Origin: an uncultured bacterium
GTDB taxonomy: Bacteria > Babelota > Babeliae > Babelales > Babelaceae
Length of the DNA stretch: 64,000 nt
Assembly (NCBI GenBank): GCA_963824495.1
Contig: CAWGPQ010000011.1
Coordinates: forward strand, 96,001 to 160,000
Reading direction: 5' to 3'
The notes under the pieces are model-generated. The model saw only the letters and a program-made list of their open reading frames with translations. It did not search any database and had not been told where the DNA came from. Shown here piece after piece: positions 20,026 to 30,104 of this stretch. How positions within the stretch are numbered: the stretch's first letter is position 1; the number at the start of each line of letters is the position of its first letter. The position numbers and the translations under genes were made by a program.

Positions 20026-20835
20026 TTATGAGATAGCAAGCGTGGCTATTTGATTGTTGATAGCTGCTTGTAACTTCTCAAGCTCCTCAAGTTCCTGAGT
20101 TACTTGAATGTGATTATCATAGTAAGATTTAAATGCAAAAACAGGCAAAAGAATGGCACAACTAAGACTTGCTAACAATATTACACGCGCCTTTTTAATC
20201 ACATCTTGATGTCGAGATATTAATTCCGCTGCCCTACTGGCCTCTTCTGCCATGGCGACTTGTAAGGCTTGGTATTTCCGTGTATGTGCTAAGGCGTGCA
20301 GTGATGCTAATCCTATTGTTGCTGTTTGAAGCCTCTTACTTAGACATTCTTTTAGGCCATGTTCTTGTGTAAGTGGATAAATAAGGTAGGCGACCCCTGC
20401 TCCTAAAGATGCAAAAAAAGCTGGTATAGCAGCAAAAGATATCAAACTATCTTGAGACATGATGGCCTTCACCTCTTCATCAATGAGATCCTTATAGTAC
20501 TCGTATTCTTCTTGAGAATGTCGGTATGTAACGATGTGATGTGCTAGTGTATAGTTTTTTTGAACTAGAGCACCACCAAACAAAAGAAGTTTTTTTAAGA
20601 AACTAAAATTTTCATCTGCTTTTTCATTCAAAAGGCGAAAGTAATGCTCCATCTGTTCTTTAGGACGAAGGTGAAGATGTTTGAAGAACTCATACGCTTG
20701 CTTATAGTTCTTTTTTTGAACAGTTTCGATCAGCCAAGCGTCTTCAGCGCTATAATCTGCATGAGAGCTACAGATAACTTGAAGCTGTGGTAGTATCGTT
20801 GATATGAAAGTAAGCACTATGACTATAGTACGCAC
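20026..20835 (-). CDS. Secreted/membrane hypothetical protein
   Basis: AGGAG RBS, signal peptide; duplicated xxKNYxxA..Y..L motif; two TM segments. Confidence 0.75.
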   Translation of the reverse strand: MRTIVIVLTFISTILPQLQVICSSHADYSAEDAWLIETVQKKNYKQAYEFFKHLHLRPKEQMEHYFRLLNEKADENFSFLKKLLLFGGALVQKNYTLAHHIVTYRHSQEEYEYYKDLIDEEVKAIMSQDSLISFAAIPAFFASLGAGVAYLIYPLTQEHGLKECLSKRLQTATIGLASLHALAHTRKYQALQVAMAEEASRAAELISRHQDVIKKARVILLASLSCAILLPVFAFKSYYDNHIQVTQELEELEKLQAAINNQIATLAIS

Positions 20836-20901
20836 TATAAGCTCCTATTTTAATAAGAAATTATTTTCTGTAATGGTTCTTTAAATCTATGATGAAATCT
20901 A

Positions 20902-21543
20902 TCACGGTATAGTACCAAATTTAAGCTCAAGCTTTTCTTTACATGAGTCTTTTATTCTACGCTCTATTGCTGTTCCATAAGGTAGCTGCTTGTAAAGTAC
21001 TATAAGATCTTCTCGAGCATTCACATCTGTAGGCTCGGCGTTTTTGAGCATACGTGCAAACTTCTTGAAAAGAACTGCTGTAGCTCGGGGTGAAGGCTCA
21101 GGAGATTCAACTGGAAATTTAACTGGTGTTTGATCAAGCACTATAGCTGACTCTAAATCAGGTTCACTATGCTTAACCTCCGGATTGCTTGTATGAGAAA
21201 TATCTGCTAAAAGTTGCTCAACTTGGCTTTTTAGTAAATACGTCCCACCACCTAAGTAGAGAGTACCCATAAGTTTAGGAGCGGAGCGCTGCAGTCGCGT
21301 CCTGTACGCACTATTTACTAGAATTTCTAATCCGATCTCAATAAAAACTGAAGCCAGGTACATTTTTATGAAATCATAAGCAAAGGAGAGAATAGTGTTT
21401 TTATCTACTTTAATTTCAAGTGATACACCCAGTGTCTCGTTATCTAAGCTTGAATTCAATGAATCTGTAGCATTTAGAGCATCTGATGCACAAGTGCTAT
21501 TGAACACGAATATGCTTACCGCTACCATAAATACTTTTCTCAT
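20902..21543 (-). CDS. Secreted/membrane hypothetical protein
   Basis: 213-aa ORF with signal peptide and hydrophobic segments. Confidence 0.7.
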   Translation of the reverse strand: MRKVFMVAVSIFVFNSTCASDALNATDSLNSSLDNETLGVSLEIKVDKNTILSFAYDFIKMYLASVFIEIGLEILVNSAYRTRLQRSAPKLMGTLYLGGGTYLLKSQVEQLLADISHTSNPEVKHSEPDLESAIVLDQTPVKFPVESPEPSPRATAVLFKKFARMLKNAEPTDVNAREDLIVLYKQLPYGTAIERRIKDSCKEKLELKFGTIP

Positions 21544-21722
21544 AAGATCGCTCTGCCTATCTGTAATGTTCTAATTTTTATTAAGTATAAGTTATTAAGC
21601 AAATTTTTCAAATGGTGATTATGTCTCCGTAGCACTTCTGTGCAAAAAAGTTTGGTTACAAGTATCATAATTAGTGCTATACTAACAGCCTAAATAATTA
21701 ACCCATTTTCTTGCTAGTAGCT

Positions 21723-22844
21723 ATGGAAAAAAAATTTACGGTCGATCAAAAGTCTCTCTTTAACCTCTTATCGTCGATGCAGCCTATTTGCACCAAGAGA
21801 ACAACCCTTGATGCAACAACGTCAATACTATTTCAAGCAAGTTATAGAGAATTAGTGTTAAAGAGCACTGATCTTGAAATTAGCTTACAGGCGAGCTGTT
21901 CTATTAACGAAAGTACGCTTGTTAACTCAGAATCATTTTTGGTTATGGGTCGACGTATTTTTGATATTGTCAAAGAACTTGAAGGTCCTATTACCTGTAC
22001 GCTCACGCAGAGCCAGTTCGCTCTTCGTGCCAATGGTGTTCATGTAACGCTTAATAATAAAGATGCTCAAGAATTTCCACCGTTTCCTGAGCGCATTGAG
22101 AACCTTATGCAAATCAATGCTGCAACATTACGTACTATGCTTGAAAGCGTTGCATTTCTTATTCCCCAAAATAACGCTAACCCTGCGCTTAATGGTCTAT
22201 TGCTCGAGGTATCGCCAACGCAGCTGACAATGACCACTACTGATGGTCACTGTCTCGCTCAAGTGAGCTCAGATAAGTATACGCTCGCCCAACCTCGTAC
22301 ATGGCTGTTACCAAGACGAGCAATATTTGAGCTTAAAAAAATACTTGACTCATCTCAAGATAAGCTTGTATTTTTAGGAGTATGCGGAAGCCAAGTTGTT
22401 TTTTCAGGTGAGCTGTTTAATTTTTTCACTAAAATACTTGGTGATCCTTTCCCTCAGTATCGCCCTATTATGGATAAAACGTCGTTTGTGCCAGCATCGG
22501 TTGATCGTGCACGCTTTATTAAGACGTTGCGGCGATCGGCATGCTTGCTCTCAGGACAGTTTTTGGCAACCAAGTTTGGATTTGCCCCTCATGTTGTACA
22601 CGTTGCTATGCACAATAAAGAAGTTGGCAGACTCGATGAAGAGCTTCCCATTCAAGGTCTTGAAGGCCTTTCACTTGATATACGTTTTTATGCTCCTTAT
22701 CTGCTTAATGGGCTACAGGCCTTTACGCAGGATACTATAACGTTTTTTTTGAAAAATACCGCAAAACCAATAATTTTTGAGGCTCGTACTCCCGATATTC
22801 ATATTACGTATCTTGTTATGCCTGTCTCTTCGGCAACAGTATGA
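21723..22844 (+). CDS. dnaN: DNA polymerase III beta sliding clamp
   Basis: STDLEISL, EFPPFP, TTDGH, FPQY, YLVMP motifs; followed by recF. Confidence 0.95.
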   Translation: MEKKFTVDQKSLFNLLSSMQPICTKRTTLDATTSILFQASYRELVLKSTDLEISLQASCSINESTLVNSESFLVMGRRIFDIVKELEGPITCTLTQSQFALRANGVHVTLNNKDAQEFPPFPERIENLMQINAATLRTMLESVAFLIPQNNANPALNGLLLEVSPTQLTMTTTDGHCLAQVSSDKYTLAQPRTWLLPRRAIFELKKILDSSQDKLVFLGVCGSQVVFSGELFNFFTKILGDPFPQYRPIMDKTSFVPASVDRARFIKTLRRSACLLSGQFLATKFGFAPHVVHVAMHNKEVGRLDEELPIQGLEGLSLDIRFYAPYLLNGLQAFTQDTITFFLKNTAKPIIFEARTPDIHITYLVMPVSSATV

Positions 22845-22945
22845 AAGAGCACGAAAGAGCATACAAGAACTGCAAGCGCCCTCGTTAAATTTGTGCTATA
22901 CTCAAAAAAGTATGGGGGACTTTTCTTAGATCAGGGCGTGCGCTT

Positions 22946-24025
22946 ATGTATATACAATCACTTCGTCTTGATAATTTCCGGTGCTTTTCCAGTATAGAGC
23001 TTAATTTTACTCATCCTATTACTCTTATTGAAGGACGTAATGGGTCCGGCAAAACGTCACTTCTTGAAGCACTTTATTATGCCTGTTATCTTCGTTCATT
23101 TCGAACACGTAGTCCACGTGAACTTCTCGCCTTCGGTCATACTACATTTTTTATTAAAACGATAGTTCAGGGCCTGACCGATCTGGATTCACTTTCTGAA
23201 ATAACTATTGGGTTTTCTGAAAGAAAGCGCCAGGTAAAGGTTAATGGAAGTTCGATTGAAACCTATAAACAATTGCTTGAGCTTTATCGTATTATGAGCA
23301 TCACTGAAGATGACCTCTTGTTGATTAAGGGCGCTCCCACCGAAAGAAGAGCCTTTCTCGACCATGGTCTCATTCTGAGTAATCCTTCTTATGCCTCTCT
23401 GTTGCGGCGTTATTATCACATTCTTGAGCAGCGCAATGCTCTTCTTTCACACGTTACACGGTATGATCCTCTTGCTTATGATGTTTGGTCTCAGCAGCTC
23501 TGGGAGGCTTCGTTTTCAATTCAAGCTTTACGTAAGGTCTTTCTAGAAAAGCTTGAGCAGCGCACCAATGAACTGTTAGGTCTCTTTTTCGCTACAGCTC
23601 CCGTGTTATTAACCTACGAATCACGGCGATCTAGTTTGGGCAACTCTTATGATGAGTTTGTTATGCTTAATCCTGTTTTACGTAATCAAGAACAACTGTA
23701 TAAGCGATCATTGTTTGGCGCCCACTTGGATGATGTAAGCGTAACCTTTCACGAAAAAAACTCGCGCACCTACTCCTCTCGTGGACAACAAAAGCTTCTC
23801 GTTCTTCTCCTTAAGCTTGCCCAGCCAGCCCTTTTGGCTACAGGATCAGTTACCCTCTTGCTTGATGATATAATAACTGATCTTGATGAGTCTATTCTTC
23901 AATGTCTCATTACGCTCTTGTGCTCATTTAATACTCAGATTATTTTTACTTCTCCTCTCGCCCAAGGCACCCTTGGTCGCCATCTAGCTGCCCATCAACA
24001 TCAACGTATAAGCTTATTCCCCTGA
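22946..24025 (+). CDS. recF: DNA replication/repair protein RecF
   Basis: NFR, GRNGSGKTSLLEAL, RRAFLD, QRNALL, SRGQQK, LLLDD motifs. Confidence 0.95.
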   Translation: MYIQSLRLDNFRCFSSIELNFTHPITLIEGRNGSGKTSLLEALYYACYLRSFRTRSPRELLAFGHTTFFIKTIVQGLTDLDSLSEITIGFSERKRQVKVNGSSIETYKQLLELYRIMSITEDDLLLIKGAPTERRAFLDHGLILSNPSYASLLRRYYHILEQRNALLSHVTRYDPLAYDVWSQQLWEASFSIQALRKVFLEKLEQRTNELLGLFFATAPVLLTYESRRSSLGNSYDEFVMLNPVLRNQEQLYKRSLFGAHLDDVSVTFHEKNSRTYSSRGQQKLLVLLLKLAQPALLATGSVTLLLDDIITDLDESILQCLITLLCSFNTQIIFTSPLAQGTLGRHLAAHQHQRISLFP

Positions 24026-24066
24026 AATAAGTGTAGGCTTAATAAGCTTTCATTGTTTTAATGTTG

Positions 24067-24182
24067 TTGACAAACATAAAAAATTTGGTATGATTGTTAG
24101 TAACTAAGGTAAAAATACTTACGACGTATCAATAAGATTATAAAAAATATAATTTGACATTCACGAATTTTTCTTCTACCTT
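24067..24182 (+). promoter_or_regulatory. Two tandem sigma70-like promoters
   Basis: TTGACA-16-TATGAT with TG extension (24067-24094) and TTGACA-17-TACCTT (24154-24182). Confidence 0.6.
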
Positions 24183-24188
24183 AGAAGT

Positions 24189-24285
24189 AGGTTAGATGTT
24201 AAAGTTTAACCTCCAGTTAATCTAGGCTTCATTACTACTCTCCTTTTTTCCATCGCATTGAGTAACATCAATGCGATGGTTTTTA
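24189..24285 (+). ncRNA. Candidate small RNA or attenuated leader (~100 nt)
   Basis: Lies between the promoters and a 12-bp perfect hairpin (24250-24279) with a T5 tail; no ORF of note. Confidence 0.4.
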
Positions 24286-24335
24286 TGCAGTGTACATACT
24301 TGCTTTTTATGCATGAGATCGCTTAGAATTATTCT

Positions 24336-25865
24336 ATGGCTCATCTCTATTATAAAATTTTAGCACTACTGCTTATACTCCCTACACCAAGTGCTTGCTT
24401 AACCCTTGATAATTTCACTAGTTCTTTAGACACACTTACTGTGCTCAAGAGTGAATCAAGGCCTTCTACCCCACTTTTGCGTGCCGCCCAAGATAAATTT
24501 TTCTGGCATTACTCATTTCCAACAGTTGGCCTCTATAAAGATCCCCAATTTTTCCCCCCTGCCTATCCTTTTATGCCCCATTGCTTTACTCTTTGGCAAC
24601 TTGCGCCCCGTAAAGGAGCAGGTATTAAAATTGCTCTGATAGATACAGGTGTAGATACGCACGTTTATCAGCATCGCAATCTTCTCTTAGCAGATTTCTC
24701 TCCTGCGAGCAATCATACCGATACGTATAGCTTAACGTACTGCTCAGCCCACGGTAATCATAGCGCTGGGCTCATCGCTGGGCAATCTCTTACAGGTGTT
24801 CATGGCATTGCACCAGAAGCAACATTGTTAAATATCAATGCTTTTTCTGATCAAGGCATAAGCACATTACCTCTTTTGAATAAAGCTCTAGCATATGCCT
24901 GCACCTGGAATGCTGATATTGCTAATTTCGGCTTTAAAATAGCTGATCATGTAGAATCAGACTCAGATAAGTACAAAATTTTTGATTATTTTGTACATCG
25001 CATCCCCTATACGGTTGCTGCCGCTGGTAACGATGGCGATAGCACTGCTCCCCGTTACGCAGGCGCTACCCTTGCCTATCCTGCTCGCTGTTCCACTATG
25101 GATTTTACCGTCGGGGCTTTTGATTTTACACATAATTCATGCGTCATACCTGCATTCTCCCAGTACGAGCTAGGAAAAGGACCACGATTTCTTGCTCCCG
25201 GCGTTGATATTATCAGTTATGGTCATAATCCAAATACGTATCTTGTTATGAAAGGCACTTCATGTGCTACCGCTCTCATAAGTGGCTTTCTTGCTCTTGT
25301 TTTGGCAGAATTTAAAGAATACTTTACCCATGATCAAATTATGCGTGTTTGCTATAAGGCTTCACTTAAAATGCACAAACATCATGACTGGGATACCCGC
25401 GTAGTTATGGGCGTCCCTGATATGAGAACTGTTCTTTTTATATTGCATGTTCTCCGTTATCTTAATGAACAGATTTCTCATTCTTCTCATCACAAGAAAT
25501 TTCACCAAAAACCTCATTTTGATTATTTACTCGAAGCAGTTGTGTACATACTTTTTGTAATGCCAGAATTATATGGAAGTTATGCCTCTATCACCCATAA
25601 TTTTAGATCAAGCTTTATTGACTATTGGCAAGCCGCCCTTAAAAAACGTCAGCATCTTGATCGTTTTTCACTCGCTATTCCTCCTGCCCTCTCACTTCAG
25701 GACGCCATCAAGCACATAGCACATCCCTTGTTAAAAGCCCTTAAGATTCCTCACGATCTCCCATCTCCTGCATTCACACTGCCAGATCACGCAACCTCTC
25801 CATCCCTCTCCTCGCTTATACGTTCACATCCATCTCGTAATCCTTCTATAAGAGCTTTCCAATAA
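24336..25865 (+). CDS. Secreted subtilisin-like S8 serine peptidase
   Basis: IALIDTG, HGNHSAG, AAGN and GTSCA catalytic motifs; signal peptide. Confidence 0.9.
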   Translation: MAHLYYKILALLLILPTPSACLTLDNFTSSLDTLTVLKSESRPSTPLLRAAQDKFFWHYSFPTVGLYKDPQFFPPAYPFMPHCFTLWQLAPRKGAGIKIALIDTGVDTHVYQHRNLLLADFSPASNHTDTYSLTYCSAHGNHSAGLIAGQSLTGVHGIAPEATLLNINAFSDQGISTLPLLNKALAYACTWNADIANFGFKIADHVESDSDKYKIFDYFVHRIPYTVAAAGNDGDSTAPRYAGATLAYPARCSTMDFTVGAFDFTHNSCVIPAFSQYELGKGPRFLAPGVDIISYGHNPNTYLVMKGTSCATALISGFLALVLAEFKEYFTHDQIMRVCYKASLKMHKHHDWDTRVVMGVPDMRTVLFILHVLRYLNEQISHSSHHKKFHQKPHFDYLLEAVVYILFVMPELYGSYASITHNFRSSFIDYWQAALKKRQHLDRFSLAIPPALSLQDAIKHIAHPLLKALKIPHDLPSPAFTLPDHATSPSLSSLIRSHPSRNPSIRAFQ

Positions 25866-25906
25866 CCGATTCCCCGCAAGGCGGGGTGAGGCAGGAACAG
25901 CTCTTA

Positions 25907-26344
25907 TTACTGTGTATAGTTATACGTTATAATAGGCAGCTCGAAAGAAATAGCAAACTGAAAAAGCTTTCGCTTAAAATACTTAAACCAGATAGAATTG
26001 ATTAACTCAGGAGTTTCCTCAATCCAAACAAAATCATAATAAAAACGCTCAAGAATAAAAGAATCAAGCGCATAATACATATCAGCAAGAACAATACTGT
26101 CAAAGACACCATACAGAACAAAGTCATGATAAATATTTATAGCGGGGGCATCCAGAATCTCTTCAGAAATAGTCAAGCACCCAACAGTCGAAAAACAATG
26201 TGTCGAACCAAGAAATGTTGCAACAATTGCCCTTCCAACTGCACTATCAGCAACACTAAAATCATGAAAACCACAGGCAAAGAATGCATCAGTTACATAC
26301 AAAATGTCATTTTCAGAAAATAGAGCCATCTCCAAATGTTTCAT
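25907..26344 (-). CDS. Hypothetical protein
   Basis: 145-aa ORF with a strong GGAGG RBS. Confidence 0.7.
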   Translation of the reverse strand: MKHLEMALFSENDILYVTDAFFACGFHDFSVADSAVGRAIVATFLGSTHCFSTVGCLTISEEILDAPAINIYHDFVLYGVFDSIVLADMYYALDSFILERFYYDFVWIEETPELINSIWFKYFKRKLFQFAISFELPIITYNYTQ

Positions 26345-26535
26345 ACATACCTCCTCTCCTAAAGAGGATACTTGTTACGTTATTTTGTACAGCTTAGTAT
26401 AACTGTAATATAGAGCTCAATAGTTTATAGAAATTATACAAGACAATCACACCCAATTATGACATGATAAAAAAAGCATGTTGCTAAAAAGCTAGACTGT
26501 GAGCTAGAGCAGAGTCTAGAGCGGAGTATTGAATA

Positions 26536-27003
26536 TCAAGATGCTTTCCATAATCCACATAGCGTTACCGCCAAGGCATCCGTTATATCAAGCTTATGTG
26601 ATAGTATTAAGGGAAAAAGCCTTGTAATAACACGAGCAACTTGCATTTTATCTGCTCCACCAAAGCCAGTTACTGATAACTTAACTTCTCGCGGTGAAAA
26701 TTCATGCATACGCAGATTATAACGTGCAGCTAGTAAATAAAGAATGCCGCGCAAATAGCCAAGCTTCAAGAAATTTTGGGCATTCTTGCCTAAAAATGGC
26801 GTCTCTAACGACAGATCTGTAATATGCCAGTCTTCAATTTTCTTTGAAAAGAAATCATGAAATTGTTTAATTCTTTCAGATAAACTTTGAGCTGGAGAGA
26901 GCATCAAAGCACCATAGTCAAGCAAAAAAGCGGCTGACCGCTCTTTTTTAACAATACCAAATCCCGCAACTCTCAAACCAGGGTCAATACCCAGTATAAT
27001 CAT
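26536..27003 (-). CDS. ruvC: Holliday junction resolvase RuvC
   Basis: ILGIDPG, E.PF, VK..VTG.G.ADK.QV, DALAV motifs. Confidence 0.96.
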   Translation of the reverse strand: MIILGIDPGLRVAGFGIVKKERSAAFLLDYGALMLSPAQSLSERIKQFHDFFSKKIEDWHITDLSLETPFLGKNAQNFLKLGYLRGILYLLAARYNLRMHEFSPREVKLSVTGFGGADKMQVARVITRLFPLILSHKLDITDALAVTLCGLWKAS

Positions 27004-28376
27004 TCGTCGTACTCCCCATCTTCAAAAAGCGTAAGTTCTTTTTGAAACGTAAGATTAACCGTGCCAGTTGGCCCATTGCGCTGCTTGCCAATAATTAATT
27101 CGGCACCAAGAGGATCTTCGGTATCTTGGTTATATACACTATCTCTGTACAAAAACATAATAACATCGGCATCTTGCTCAATAGCACCTGATTCCCTCAA
27201 ATCAGATAATAAAGGCCGCTTATCCATACGACTATCAACTGCTCGTGATAGTTGTGACAATGCTAATATGGGAATATCAAGTTCTTTTGCAAGCGCTTTA
27301 AGTGATCGAGAAATTTCTGAAACTTCTTGATGTCGATTTTCGTAATTTTTGTGCCCCCTGATAAGCTGCAAATAGTCAATAACCAAAAATTGAAGATCAT
27401 GCTCAAGCTTAAGTTTACGCGCCTTCATACGAACATCCATAATACTCTGAAGGGCAGAATCGTCAACAAAAAACTTACGCTCTGCTAGTTGACCTGCGGC
27501 ATGCGTCAGCCCCATCCATTCCTCAGACGAGATGGCTGCCGTTCGAATCTGTTGATGTGGTATTCTCGATTCACAGGACAGCAAACGCAAAGCCAATTGC
27601 TCACCAGACATTTCTAGCGAAAAAAATCCAACCGTTATACCACAACGGGTCGCATAATGTGCTAAATTAAGGGCAAGCGCTGTCTTTCCCATAGCAGGAC
27701 GGGCAGCCAAGACAATCAAATCACTTTTTTGAAAACCTGAAGTTAATTCGTCTAGTTTCTTATAGCCTGAGGGAATACCAGTAATACCCCGTGCATGAAC
27801 CTTGAGCTCAGATAAATGCTGAAATGTTTTTTTTAGCCAAATGGTAAGCTGAACAAAACTTTGTGTCGAACGCTTGGCAGATATATTAAAAATTGTTTTT
27901 TCTGCTTCATCAAGCACCGTTTCTATATCTTTATCCTGTTGAGCATAACAATTCGTTATAATAGACGTCGCAGACCCAATCAACTCGCGTAACACAGATT
28001 TCTCTTTAACAATACGTGCATGCTGTACCAATAGACCAAGTGCAGGTATATCTTCTTGCAATGAGAGAATATACGCAATGTCACCGGCAGCCTGCAAGTG
28101 ACCATGCTTAATGAGCTCGTCATGAAGCGTTACAGTATCTAAGCGTTGCTTACGCTGAGCAATACGCAGTATGGCCTCATAAATAATGCGATGAGCAGTC
28201 ACATAAAAATCATAGGGAACAAGCAATTCTATAACAGAATCTAATCGCTCATCATTAAGCAATAGCGAGCCAAGAACAGCACGCTCAGCTTGCAAGCTGA
28301 AGGGCAACGTTCTTCCAAGTATTTTTTCAGGAGCATCGGATGCTCCCCTATCAACAGGTAGCTTTGGTACGTACAT
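27000..28376 (-). CDS. dnaB: Replicative DNA helicase
   Basis: AERAVLG, AARPAMGKT, IDYLQL, LSQLSR, DLRESGAIEQDAD, KQRNGPTG. Confidence 0.98.
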   Translation of the reverse strand: MYVPKLPVDRGASDAPEKILGRTLPFSLQAERAVLGSLLLNDERLDSVIELLVPYDFYVTAHRIIYEAILRIAQRKQRLDTVTLHDELIKHGHLQAAGDIAYILSLQEDIPALGLLVQHARIVKEKSVLRELIGSATSIITNCYAQQDKDIETVLDEAEKTIFNISAKRSTQSFVQLTIWLKKTFQHLSELKVHARGITGIPSGYKKLDELTSGFQKSDLIVLAARPAMGKTALALNLAHYATRCGITVGFFSLEMSGEQLALRLLSCESRIPHQQIRTAAISSEEWMGLTHAAGQLAERKFFVDDSALQSIMDVRMKARKLKLEHDLQFLVIDYLQLIRGHKNYENRHQEVSEISRSLKALAKELDIPILALSQLSRAVDSRMDKRPLLSDLRESGAIEQDADVIMFLYRDSVYNQDTEDPLGAELIIGKQRNGPTGTVNLTFQKELTLFEDGEYDE

Positions 28377-28387
28377 ACGAGTATCTA

Positions 28388-28837
28388 TTACAAGACCTCA
28401 GGCACCACCTTTACCGTAAGTAAAGGCTGCAATTTCGAGGAAAGCTTAATAGTAACTGTATGTAACCCTTTGGATTTTATAGGCTTATCAAACTTAATTT
28501 GGTTTTTAGAGACGCTAACACCTTTTTCTGCAAGTGCATCTACAATCTCATGAGGCGCAACCGAACCATATAACTTATCATTATCATGTATCTTGCGCTT
28601 AAGCACAACAGTAAGCGATTTTATTTTTTCAGCAAGCATCGAGGTTTTTGACTCAATAACCTCTTTACGTTTTTCAACAACTTTAACACGCTGCTTGAGC
28701 GATACTTCATTTTCAGGCGTCACTGCCACAGCTAGTTTGCGTGGAAAAAGAAAGTTCGCAGCAAAGCCATCACTGACTTTAACGAATTCTCCTGCCATAC
28801 CAATTTTTTCTATATCTTTAAGCAAAAAGACCTTCAT
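28388..28837 (-). CDS. rplI: 50S ribosomal protein L9
   Basis: MKVFLLKD...VSDGFAANFLFP...KLYGSV; usual rplI-dnaB linkage. Confidence 0.96.
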   Translation of the reverse strand: MKVFLLKDIEKIGMAGEFVKVSDGFAANFLFPRKLAVAVTPENEVSLKQRVKVVEKRKEVIESKTSMLAEKIKSLTVVLKRKIHDNDKLYGSVAPHEIVDALAEKGVSVSKNQIKFDKPIKSKGLHTVTIKLSSKLQPLLTVKVVPEVL

Positions 28838-29051
28838 GCTATGCACACCTCTTTAAAAATTTACCCTAAAAACTCTCGGCATCTACTATAGTAGTATAGT
28901 CTAAAAAACCCTACCTGAAAACAACAAAAGCTCGTTGTGTTGGCGCAAAATACTAGAGATAAACTAGTTTTTGAAAAACAGAACTATTCTATATAGTACC
29001 ATGAGTAACAAAGAACGCGAACAACTTACAGTATTTAAAAAACACGGAACA

Positions 29052-29850
29052 TTAAGAATTTGAGTTAGGGTTTGATCTTGCATAAGCAAATAATCTTGGA
29101 TCAACAGCAAAATTGGCAATAAGAGCAGCGATCTCAAGAGGAAGAGGATGACCCTCTTGTAGAGGTGACCATGCAAACTCTCCTTCATGGCCTACCCTTG
29201 ATACTCCACCAAATACAGCTTGACCTACAAATCTCCCAAGAAGACAAGCTGCTTCAGGGTGATTATTCTGCATGGCAAGCATCCATGCTGATGCATGTTG
29301 ACGGTTTAAAAGATTCACCTGTACGTTATTATGGGCAAGTAAGATCCTGACGGCATCTAAACGCCCGGCACGTGCTGCGTAATGTGATGGCGTATTCCCT
29401 TCATCATTACGTTCATTGATTTGAGCACCAGCTTCCAGTAATTGGCTGGCTACAGTGGTGCGCCCAGCTCGAATAGCCACATGTAATGCTGTATCACCAT
29501 TGTTATTGTAAGCATTAATATCTGCGCCATGAGCAAGTAATGCTTGGAGAATAAGATCATTACCGTTACGTACGGCTAAGTGTAGGGGAGTATTACCCTC
29601 ATTATCTTGTATATCTAGATTAGGGTTATACTCAGCAAGCAAATCTTCAACAAGAGCTCCGTAATTCAGCTCCTCGCTCTAGTAAGGAGACTACAGTATT
29701 TGTATTTCTTTCCCTGACGGCCTTTATCAATTGCTTATTAAACTCAAGGTGTTGTTGGTCGGAAGGTTGTGCGCCTATAAGCTGAGTTTTAGCAAATAAT
29801 ACTATAAGTAAGGCTATTGCCAGTGTTTGATACGTATTCATAATAACCAT
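29052..29850 (-). pseudogene. Secreted ankyrin-repeat protein split by an internal frameshifting deletion (~29660)
   Basis: ERGAE joins out of frame to LNYGALVEDLLAEYN; C-terminus has LPLEIAALIANFA...NPNSNS. Confidence 0.8.
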
Positions 29851-30104
29851 CGGTATACCTTCCGGAGTCGCAATTCAAAGTCGCTTAAATTCTCAATAGT
29901 AAACACTGCATTATTTTATAATTCTAATAATTTCGACAATAAAAGTCAAATGAAGCTTTCTAATAATCATAAAAAATAAACTGCTCAAGAGAGCGTAGAA
30001 GCTGGAATTAATCGTGTAAGCCGCTTGGGGCTTATTAAAAATTATGCTAATATAATAGTTGTAGGTAACTTTCGTGCTATTTAACATGCTATTTACTATG
30101 TAGG

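Noticed and set aside
21545..24335. oriC near dnaN-recF
   Set aside because: dnaA is absent, and only one relaxed DnaA box (TGTGCAAAA, 21639-21647) was seen, with no cluster
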